Under the pieces are notes generated by a model. That model saw only the letters and a list, made by a program, of their open reading frames with translations, did not search any database and was not told the DNA's origin. From the NCBI GenBank assembly GCA_044345405.1, contig JBIJBE010000001.1:64001-128000 (forward strand): a DNA stretch of 64,000 nt. The letters run 5' to 3'. The stretch's first letter is position 1; each line of letters starts with the position of its first letter. Origin of the DNA: Bdellovibrionota bacterium (GTDB lineage Bacteria > Bdellovibrionota_C > UBA2361 > OMII01). Positions 56,334-64,000 of this stretch are shown here, piece by piece. The position numbers and the translations under genes are program-made.

Positions 56334-56554
56334 ACATACGCAGTAGTGAGGGGAAGGAGAGCCACCCTGGCAAGGGGAGGATGTGTCCTTGTGCGCTCGT
56401 GCCGATCGGCCCCACGTATCGAGTTTAGTATAAAAGTAAGGCGCGAGCTATCCGCTCTTATCAGGAGCGGGGCTTGGTAGAACGTTTTTTCGCGCCGGAT
56501 GTGCCGTGCGGTCCTATCCCGTACTCGCAGCCCTTATGGTCGGGCCCCTGAGCC

Positions 56555-59035
56555 TTACTTTTTCAGCATAGCGCCGAGATTCGCGAAGGGGTTATTTCCG
56601 ATACTTTGAGAGTGGCCGCTTCCACCGAAGGAGTGCGACGACTTCGAAGCGCCGTTGCGGGGGCGGGGTCCGTTCCCTTGACCGTATCCGCCTCGGGTTT
56701 CCCCAGGGGATTGCGAGGGCGGTCGGATCTCACCACTTTTCATCGTCAACGCGATCTGTCGCTTCTCAAGGCTCACCTCAAGCACGCGAACCTGTACCTT
56801 ATCGCCCGGGTTCACCACCGCGCGAGGGTCCTTCACAAATGAATCGCTGAGTTGTGAGATATGCACGAGTCCGTCCTGATGCACACCAATATCAACGAAC
56901 GCGCCGAAATTGGTAACGTTCGTTACGACGCCGGTACACACCATCCCCGGTTTAAGGTCGGAGAGCTCGTGAATGTCCTCGCGGTACTTCACGTACTCAA
57001 ACTCGGAGCGGGGGTCGCGTCCTGGCTTCTCAAGCTCTTGGATGATGTCGTTGAAGGTGAAGTCACCGAGTGTCTTTTTTAGTTGCGAATCGCTCTTCAA
57101 CGCGGCGACCCCTTTTCCGAGAAGGTCGGTGAGTGTTTTTTCGCTCTGTGACGCGAACGCTTCGAGCGCTTTGTACCGCTCAGGATGTACCCCTGTATTG
57201 TCGAGTGGGTTTACGCCGTTCGGAATTCGCAGGAATCCAGCCGCTTGTTCAAAGGCCCGGTCTCCGAAGTACGGAACCTTCATCAAGTCTTCACGGGAGG
57301 TGAAGAGCCCCGAAGTAGCTCGGTACTCGACGATCGATCGCGCTAAGGATGGACCGATACCGGAAACGTACGCCAAAAGATGTCTCGACGCCGTGTTTAC
57401 GTTCACACCAACGGTGTTCACGCACGATTCAACCACACGCTCGAGCGCGCTCTTGAGCGCGTACTGCGACACGTCGTGCTGGTACTGTCCTACGCCGATG
57501 CTCTTCGGATCGACCTTCACAAGCTCCGCGAGCGGGTCCTGAAGACGGCGAGCGATAGAGATAGCCCCTCGTACCGTGACGTCGAGCTCCGGGAACTCCT
57601 CCCGAGCTACCTCGCTCGCGCTGTAGATACTCGCCCCTGATTCACTCACCATAACAACCGGGATCTTAAGGTTCATCTTGGTGACGGTGTCCCGCAAGAA
57701 CTTCTCCGTTTCGCGAGCGGCGGTGCCGTTACCAACCGCGATCGCTTCAACGTTACCCTTCTCAAGTACCGATTTGAGTTGATTGTAGGACTGCGCCTGT
57801 TGCTCTGGAGTGAGGAGGTGGATAACGCCGCTTGCGAGGAATCCACCCGATGAGTTGATAAGCGCGAGTTTGCATCCCGTTCGGAGTCCAGGGTCAACGC
57901 CAAGAACGCACTTGGTCCCAAGTGGCGCCGCGAGGAGCACCTTTCGAACGTTTTCGCTGAACACCTCGATCGCCGCGGTGTCGGCGATCTCACGAAGCGA
58001 TGAATGGATCTCGTTCTCGATAGAGAGAAGCGTGTACACCCGCAGCGCCATCCGCGCCGCCATGAGGAGCTGCTTCTCGCCGGGAGTTCCCTTCGTTGGA
58101 CAGGCGTGAGCTTGGTACATCGCTAAGAGCTGTGCCATGAGCGCCTCGTTCTGAGGAGCGCTTCCGATTGAGAGCGTAAGCTCACCCTCTGCCTCTCCTC
58201 GACGAATGGCGAGGTAGCGATGGGTATTCTCTCGCTTCATCAGCGCGGAGATCGGCTCGCTGTACTCGAAGTATCGATCAAACTTACTTGGGACCTTCGC
58301 CTTCTCGCCCTTGGTCGACCCGAGGTGCGCGTTCGTGAAGAGTTGGTTTCGGACCTCTTGTCGAAGCTCGGGGACCTCAGAGATCTTTTCGATAAGGATC
58401 GACTCAGCTCCCTGGATAGCTGCGGATGTGTCAGCGATACCGAGTTCCGTGTTTACGAACCCTTGCGCCTTACCATCCAAGGTGTCTTGAGGAGCCCACG
58501 GAGTGCCGTGCGCGCAATCCCAGATCCACTGTGCGAGGGGCTCCAGGCCTGCCTCCTTGGCGATAGTCGCTTTTGTTTTTCGCTTACGCTTGTACGGAAG
58601 GTAGAGGTCCTCAAGCACGAGGAGGTCGAAGGTTCCCTCGATCTGCGCTTGGAGCTCAGGCGTTAATTTACCTTGGGCCTCGATCTCCGAGAGGATGAAC
58701 GCTTTGCGCTCAACGATACTCTTCCACCGCGCCACCGCGTCGATGATATTTCCGATAGCGACCTCATCGAGGTTCCCGGTTTGCTCCTTTCGGTACCGAG
58801 CGATGAAGGGAACGGTAGCCTTGTCAGCGGCTAGCCGGATGACGACGAGCGCCGAGCGAAAGGGGATAGCGGGAAATTGGTCCTGGAACCATCTGGCGAA
58901 CTGTGTCGGATCCCCGGCTATCATCTCGTCTGAACTGTTGGCCGAAGGCGCGTCTCCCGTGATGTGTGTTGTGATTCCTGAAGAGTATGAAGTTGCGGGG
59001 GCGATAAGGGACTCTGACCGTACAGCGGATGACAT
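56555..59035 (-). CDS. tex: Tex family RNA-binding transcriptional accessory protein
   Basis: TVPFIARYRKE, LGVDPGLRTGCK, IGVGQYQHDV, S1 domain NFGAFVDIGVHQDGLVHISQ. Confidence 0.95.
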   Translation of the reverse strand: MSSAVRSESLIAPATSYSSGITTHITGDAPSANSSDEMIAGDPTQFARWFQDQFPAIPFRSALVVIRLAADKATVPFIARYRKEQTGNLDEVAIGNIIDAVARWKSIVERKAFILSEIEAQGKLTPELQAQIEGTFDLLVLEDLYLPYKRKRKTKATIAKEAGLEPLAQWIWDCAHGTPWAPQDTLDGKAQGFVNTELGIADTSAAIQGAESILIEKISEVPELRQEVRNQLFTNAHLGSTKGEKAKVPSKFDRYFEYSEPISALMKRENTHRYLAIRRGEAEGELTLSIGSAPQNEALMAQLLAMYQAHACPTKGTPGEKQLLMAARMALRVYTLLSIENEIHSSLREIADTAAIEVFSENVRKVLLAAPLGTKCVLGVDPGLRTGCKLALINSSGGFLASGVIHLLTPEQQAQSYNQLKSVLEKGNVEAIAVGNGTAARETEKFLRDTVTKMNLKIPVVMVSESGASIYSASEVAREEFPELDVTVRGAISIARRLQDPLAELVKVDPKSIGVGQYQHDVSQYALKSALERVVESCVNTVGVNVNTASRHLLAYVSGIGPSLARSIVEYRATSGLFTSREDLMKVPYFGDRAFEQAAGFLRIPNGVNPLDNTGVHPERYKALEAFASQSEKTLTDLLGKGVAALKSDSQLKKTLGDFTFNDIIQELEKPGRDPRSEFEYVKYREDIHELSDLKPGMVCTGVVTNVTNFGAFVDIGVHQDGLVHISQLSDSFVKDPRAVVNPGDKVQVRVLEVSLEKRQIALTMKSGEIRPPSQSPGETRGGYGQGNGPRPRNGASKSSHSFGGSGHSQSIGNNPFANLGAMLKK

Positions 59036-59864
59036 GAACGAACTAACTCCTGAGGAACAAACTAGTCGAGCCGCGAACGGGGCGGCCGTTGAGAGAGCGC
59101 GATAGTACTTCGGTTGGCGTCACCGCACTAGCAGCGATCTTAGCGATCTCGTGGCTGGATGGTGTTGGGAGTTCGCGGGTTTACGCGCGGTCTCCCCTCG
59201 TAGATCTAGGTGGTTAGGTCTCCCCGTTTGAGTCGTAAATCACCGCGCTACTACTCTGGTACAGTCCAATAACCAGGGCCAGCGCCCTCCGAAGTAACCC
59301 AATTCACCTGTATGGGTATAAGAATAACCCAGGTGCTGATAATAACGCCCGAGTAGCGGCCCCCATACATTGAAAATCAAGTGAAATGCGGCGTTGCCGA
59401 ACTCGACAGATACTCGAGTGCCTTACGCAGCAGGAGCTCGTATGACTTTTATATGGCGTTGCTCAATCGCGGAATGGGAGGCTTGAAACACCCCGGGGGT
59501 CAAGGGACATTAAGACCCCCCCTGCTTCATAAGGAGAAAGCATTTAGCACATTGATTGATGAAACTCCGGAATGTCTCTAGAAAGGCCCAGCGAAGTTCA
59601 TTCCAGGAGGAGTACATGAATACCTTTCTCTCCTTCTTTGCCTCAGACCCGTGCTTACCAGAGGTGTGACTTTTCTTCGCTCGAAGTTGAGCACCGCTCT
59701 GGCGCGTATCGCCCCTGAATTTTGTTATCTCCCGATTCGTCGAGCGCTCGTCTTTTTGTAGAGGACCGGCGATAGTTTGTGGCACGTCGGGGACGTGCCT
59801 GCCGTGTGGATAGCGCGGAGAAGCGAGAATGTGTATGCATTCTTCTCGCTTCTCCTTCAAACCT

Positions 59865-60281
59865 TTACCGCAGAGGTATGTTGAATACGCGGGCACTGCT
59901 CCCCATAATGGATTGAAATGTTCTTTGCGCTTCGACGTTTTCCATTGGTTTTACTTGGTTTCCAGTTTCGGCGCCGGAAAAATGCGACCATGCCGTTACA
60001 AGTGTTCCTTGGCCGTCAATAAAAAAGAGGTCCCTTTGGCTCCAATAGCTTCCATCTTGATAAGCCTTAACGATGAAAGCGACCTGATGGTCTTTTGCTA
60101 TATCTTTCAGAGTCTCCGGAGTTAAAAAAAACGATCCTGCGCCTATAGTTGGGTCGACTATTGAAACTTTATGTCGTCCTAGTTGGATCGGTTCGGATTG
60201 CTGTGCTAGCGCCGTAATAATGGCTTGGACTTTATCGGCTGCGATAGTTTGGGATTGATGTGGGCTCCGTATACTAGACAA
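59865..60281 (-). CDS. Hypothetical protein
   Basis: 138-aa ORF with globular-looking composition in an AT-richer segment; start uncertain. Confidence 0.45.
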   Translation of the reverse strand: MSSIRSPHQSQTIAADKVQAIITALAQQSEPIQLGRHKVSIVDPTIGAGSFFLTPETLKDIAKDHQVAFIVKAYQDGSYWSQRDLFFIDGQGTLVTAWSHFSGAETGNQVKPMENVEAQRTFQSIMGSSARVFNIPLR

Positions 60282-60655
60282 GCAGAGGATAGGAGAAAAG
60301 TGTGCTTCGCAAGCCGGAGCGGTAGGGTTCTACTAAAAGTGGAAACAAGCGAGGGCTGTTTTGAGTAGCTCGGGGGCGATGGTACCTTTGTAGGGCAAGT
60401 ACATCGTCGGCCTGGGTAGAAGAATAGGTGAAATGTTACGTCACATGAGGGCAATCCTCACGCGACGTAACAAACGTAATGCGTAAGGTTTTGTGTAATA
60501 AACGCTTCGTCTCTTCTACGTGAGACCATTGAGCAGATGCTTCGTGCCCGCACAGTGACCGTGTGGGTTGGAAGCATCTGTTCAAATATTCGCAGCCAGC
60601 TGATGGAACGTACTCCATCGGGGTGAGCGGATAGTTCTCGTAGAGAAAGGTCAAA

Positions 60656-61069
60656 ATGATGATGAGAAAATGCGAGTCGTTTCATATCGAGCTTGCCTCG
60701 AAGGGCAAGGCGGTCGAAACCCGTGCGTGTGTCATCAATGTGCGGGGCAATCCCGAAGATACAGGGAAGTTCGTCCGACAGCTCGGGCTGCTGGTAGGGG
60801 ATTACCAAAGCAAGGCCGTCGCTGAATGGTTCGTCGGAAGATATCAATCCGGCGAGATCTTGGGATATCGCCAAAGTCGACGAGGAATGATTTGGGCGGT
60901 CTTGGAAGGAGGCAGGTTCCAGGAGACTGAAGCCAGGGCAACAAAGTCCGCTCTGGCCATACTGAGAAGGGGCAAGGTTCCGTGCTTCAAAGTTCTGCCG
61001 AGCAGCGCTCCTTCCTCCGCTGGTGATACTGTGGATGAAGTTTTGCCGCTGCCTGGTGGTCCCTCGTAG
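60656..61069 (+). CDS. Hypothetical protein (strand ambiguous)
   Basis: AGAAAGG RBS-like element before the ATG, but overlapping minus-strand ORFs compete. Confidence 0.3.
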   Translation: MMMRKCESFHIELASKGKAVETRACVINVRGNPEDTGKFVRQLGLLVGDYQSKAVAEWFVGRYQSGEILGYRQSRRGMIWAVLEGGRFQETEARATKSALAILRRGKVPCFKVLPSSAPSSAGDTVDEVLPLPGGPS

Positions 61070-61517
61070 GTACCCCTCGACGGCCTAATTCTCATCGGTG
61101 TGACGAGCACATCAAACGCGAGAGGTTTTTTAGGTATCTAAAAGGATCTTTTCGCCACGTTTGTTCGTCACCCATTTCTTCCAACCACTGATTTTCCGTT
61201 GCATTCAAAAAGGGGGCGATCTTGTCCTATAGAGCTTTAGCGCGCTGTCGCAATCGCTTTTGGCCATGCGAGCGGATAAGCCAGAGTTAGCACGAGCGGG
61301 GAACGGCAATCCCCGAAGGGACCGAAAACACAAATCGTACATCTTTTTGCTTCGGAGCATTCTTCTGCGGCGCATAGTGACTCGTTCATCGAGAGAACCG
61401 CGCCGAAAGTTTCCTCTCGAACACAAAAAAGTTGGCCTGTACCAAAGAGAAGCTTCGAAATGTGCTGGGAGCTGTTGTAATCGCTCACTGCCAGAGGGGG
61501 TCGATATCCTCGTTAAG

Positions 61518-62537
61518 CTAGCCTTGCATTCGTTTTGCCTTCAGCTCTGTGTACTCAAGCGAAAGTAGCTCTTTGAGGTCGCTGGTGGTGTCGCCGCGTA
61601 ACGCGCCGTTCTCGAGAGCGCCAGGATTAGGCTCCGTCCTAAGGAGTCGCTTGAAAAAACTTCCTACGCCCCCATCGCGATGAGGGTTGGTCGCGAGGAG
61701 CTCCTCATTGACCGCGTGATGAAGCGTTTGCAGGTCCTCCCGGGAGATTCGTGGGTGACGGTTTTTGAAATCGGTAATTAGAGGTGTCGTCAAGCGATTT
61801 ACGTACGCGGCCGCTGCCTCAGCTGAGGTCGAGAACTGTCCCGGCTTAATTCCTCCGTCTTTGTAAGCGGCCTCAGCCCATCGCTGAAATTGACCGGTCC
61901 GGAGTTCGGCGGCTTCTCGAGCTCGGTCAGTGGTAGATCGGGTGTCCATGTCAGGGTTATGGGTCCACCCGGTTCGCTTCTCGATCGTTGCCGCTAGTCG
62001 CTCGGATGGGTCGATGGCGGAAACGAGAGCGGTTGCCTTCTCACTTTTGAGCGAAAAGAGCTTTGCTGTCGAGAACGCGAGCCCAACATCACCTAGAAGA
62101 TCCACTCTGAACTCTCGGTCAGCTCCGGATCCCTTTATGGTGAATCCGATCCCCGCAATCATTCCAGGCTCCTGATTCTGTCTATTTCCTTCCTGGGACA
62201 ACGCGCGGTCGATAGAGTTAAATCCTGATCCCTGTCGTGACCGTAAGCCCTCTCGGAGAGACTCTCTGTCGAGATGGGTTTGTTGGCGGGCTATCTCGGT
62301 CGCTGCTCTCTCGTTTGAATAGCTTTCTTGGTGTAGTGCGGGATGAGAGGTGCCGCCTGTGTGCTTTATCGTGCCGTTGGATGAGGTGTGAGCGGAACGC
62401 ATCACCTGAGATCGAAGGTCATCTCGCTTGAACGAAGTAGGGGTGGTTGAGGCTGTCGCTAGTTGGTCGCTCGGACCGCACTGCGATTCGGAAACCGCTT
62501 GTGGAGCGCGGGTCGCTTTGAACTCTTGAGCTGGCAT
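61518..62537 (-). CDS. Hypothetical protein with disordered Ser/Thr/Gln-rich N-terminus
   Basis: 339-aa ORF with GAAGG RBS. Confidence 0.7.
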   Translation of the reverse strand: MPAQEFKATRAPQAVSESQCGPSDQLATASTTPTSFKRDDLRSQVMRSAHTSSNGTIKHTGGTSHPALHQESYSNERAATEIARQQTHLDRESLREGLRSRQGSGFNSIDRALSQEGNRQNQEPGMIAGIGFTIKGSGADREFRVDLLGDVGLAFSTAKLFSLKSEKATALVSAIDPSERLAATIEKRTGWTHNPDMDTRSTTDRAREAAELRTGQFQRWAEAAYKDGGIKPGQFSTSAEAAAAYVNRLTTPLITDFKNRHPRISREDLQTLHHAVNEELLATNPHRDGGVGSFFKRLLRTEPNPGALENGALRGDTTSDLKELLSLEYTELKAKRMQG

Positions 62538-62642
62538 GGGTAACCTTCAAAAAACCTTACAGTAGGTTATGGTGATTGTGAGGAGAGGTGTGGCTTAGAG
62601 CTAAGTTGCCGAATGTTGTGGGGTTTGCCCCGACCTTTCCGC

Positions 62643-63089
62643 TTACAGGTAGACGTCCGTCTCCCCCGCATTCCACTGATTGAGCGCGAAGCGCTTCACC
62701 GCTTTGAAGGTTTGTAGCCGCTCATGCACCGCTCGCTGCACCCGCCCTGTTCCGAGTCCGTGCACCACTTTGACATGTGTGAGGTCGGAAAGAATTACTG
62801 AGTCGAGCCAAGCGTCCAGCTTTCGAATCGCCTCATCTACGGTGAGTCCGTGAAGGTCGAGGGATTGAGAGGGGCGTGGGGCGTTAGACGCGCGGGAGAT
62901 CGGAGCTGTAGTCGTGGATGATGGACGAGGAGATGTTGTCGGAGTGAGATCACGCGCGGTGCACGTGATTGTGAGTGAGCCGATAGCGATTTTGTATCTA
63001 TCCCCGCCAAGAATAGAGTGAACAACGCCATCTTTCTTGAGGGAGATGACGCGAACAACATCCCCCTCATTGAAGGTTTGCTCACCCAT
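62643..63089 (-). CDS. Stand-alone KOW + Smr domain protein (MutS2 C-terminus-like)
   Basis: FNEGDVVRV..GVV KOW; LDLHGLTVDEA, VVHGLGTG, GET Smr motifs. Confidence 0.88.
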   Translation of the reverse strand: MGEQTFNEGDVVRVISLKKDGVVHSILGGDRYKIAIGSLTITCTARDLTPTTSPRPSSTTTAPISRASNAPRPSQSLDLHGLTVDEAIRKLDAWLDSVILSDLTHVKVVHGLGTGRVQRAVHERLQTFKAVKRFALNQWNAGETDVYL

Positions 63090-63094
63090 GACGA

Positions 63095-64000
63095 TTAATC
63101 AGCGAGTCTCACGAGGTGGTAGTTCTTCTTGCCGCTTCGAAGTACAACGAAACCCTTTGCAAGGAGCGCGGTCTCTTTGATCTTCAGCGTCTCGTTCGAT
63201 ACCCGCTCGCTATCGAGGTAGATGCCGCCAGCTTGCACGAGACGGCGAGCCTCTCCCTTTGACTTGGACACCGTTGTGCTTAAAAGGGTGAGGATGTCGA
63301 GTTCGTCTACCTGCGAGCGTGAAATCGCGCTTGATGGAGCGTCCTCGAAGATCTCAAGGATCTGATCGTTAGAAAGCTCTGAAAGAGCGCCGCTAAAGAG
63401 CGCCTGCGCGCACTTCTTGGCGTCAGCGGTTGCTTGCTCCCCATGCACGAAGGTGCAGATCGAGTCCGCAAGGAGCTTCTGCGCGTCACGCTTCTCGGGT
63501 GCCGTCTTCATGAGCGCCTCAACCTCTTCGATCTTCTCCTTGGTTTCAAGGGTGAAGATCTTAAGAAGGCGAATCGCCTCGGCATCCTGAACGTTCAACC
63601 AGAACTGATGGAACTTGTACGGGCTCGTCATCTTAGGGTTGAGCCACACGGCGTTCCCTTCAGATTTTCCGAACTTCTTTCCTTCGCTGTTGGTGATGAG
63701 CGGGAAGGAGAGTGCGTACGCGTCGCCCTGGATCTTGCGGCGGATGAGCTCAAGGCCCGCGGTGATGTTGCCCCACTGATCGGAGCCTCCGATCTGCAGT
63801 TTGCAGTTCTTGTGTTGGTAGAGGTGGAGGTAGTCGAAGGCTTGCAACAGCATGTAGCTGAACTCGGTGTACGAGATCCCGTCACCGGAGAGGCGGGATT
63901 TTACCGAGTCCTTCGCGAGCATGTAATTGATGGTGAAGTGTTTGCCCACATCGCGCAGGAAGGTCAGCATCGAGACATCTTTAGTCCACTCGATGTTGTT
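63095..64000 (-). CDS. tyrS: Tyrosyl-tRNA synthetase (5' end outside the window)
   Basis: SYTEFSYMLLQAFD, QIGGSDQWGNI, KFGKS, C-terminal S4 domain GKKNYHLV. Confidence 0.97.
   Translation of the reverse strand, partial: NNIEWTKDVSMLTFLRDVGKHFTINYMLAKDSVKSRLSGDGISYTEFSYMLLQAFDYLHLYQHKNCKLQIGGSDQWGNITAGLELIRRKIQGDAYALSFPLITNSEGKKFGKSEGNAVWLNPKMTSPYKFHQFWLNVQDAEAIRLLKIFTLETKEKIEEVEALMKTAPEKRDAQKLLADSICTFVHGEQATADAKKCAQALFSGALSELSNDQILEIFEDAPSSAISRSQVDELDILTLLSTTVSKSKGEARRLVQAGGIYLDSERVSNETLKIKETALLAKGFVVLRSGKKNYHLVRLAD

Noticed and set aside
59268-59348. Repeated (A)TAACC words as iterons or an array
   Set aside because: Short, irregularly spaced, and no replication or recombinase gene nearby.
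61039-61066. Walker A motif EGPPGSGKT in minus-strand ORF 60844..61110
   Set aside because: No convincing downstream P-loop kinase motifs in frame, and a competing plus-strand ORF has an RBS. It may be chance or a decayed gene; unresolved without a search.

Overview
A gene-dense, GC-rich window from a diderm bacterium (lolC/E, lolD, bamA, lptFG, cmk, rsmG, rlmD, tex, tyrS, rpsU, erpA). The gene style suggests a deltaproteobacteria/Bdellovibrionota-like lineage, which is an inference only. The left end carries a compact, divergent type III secretion (T3SS)-like operon: two FHA-domain proteins, SctJ, a FliG-N-like mini-protein, an SctO-like coiled coil, SctQ and a TPR chaperone. Nearby are a divergent pair of FliA/sigma-28-like sigma factors and several sigma-28-type promoter motifs. 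Five things stand out. (i) A 12-copy GGAG-type REP hairpin family shows stem covariation, and three copies have other short palindromic elements inserted in the hairpin loop. (ii) An unannotated 25-aa Lys/Ala/Thr histone-H1-like peptide gene sits behind a ~380-nt highly structured leader. (iii) One protein appears to be a circularly permuted HAD-family phosphatase. (iv) Two paralogous secreted proteins share an FrpC self-processing-module-like domain with Ser-Pro in place of Asp-Pro. (v) A second structured intergenic RNA candidate lies behind a sigma-28-like promoter. I found no CRISPR array, tRNA, rRNA or transposase. All family assignments come from motif recognition by eye, not from database searches.
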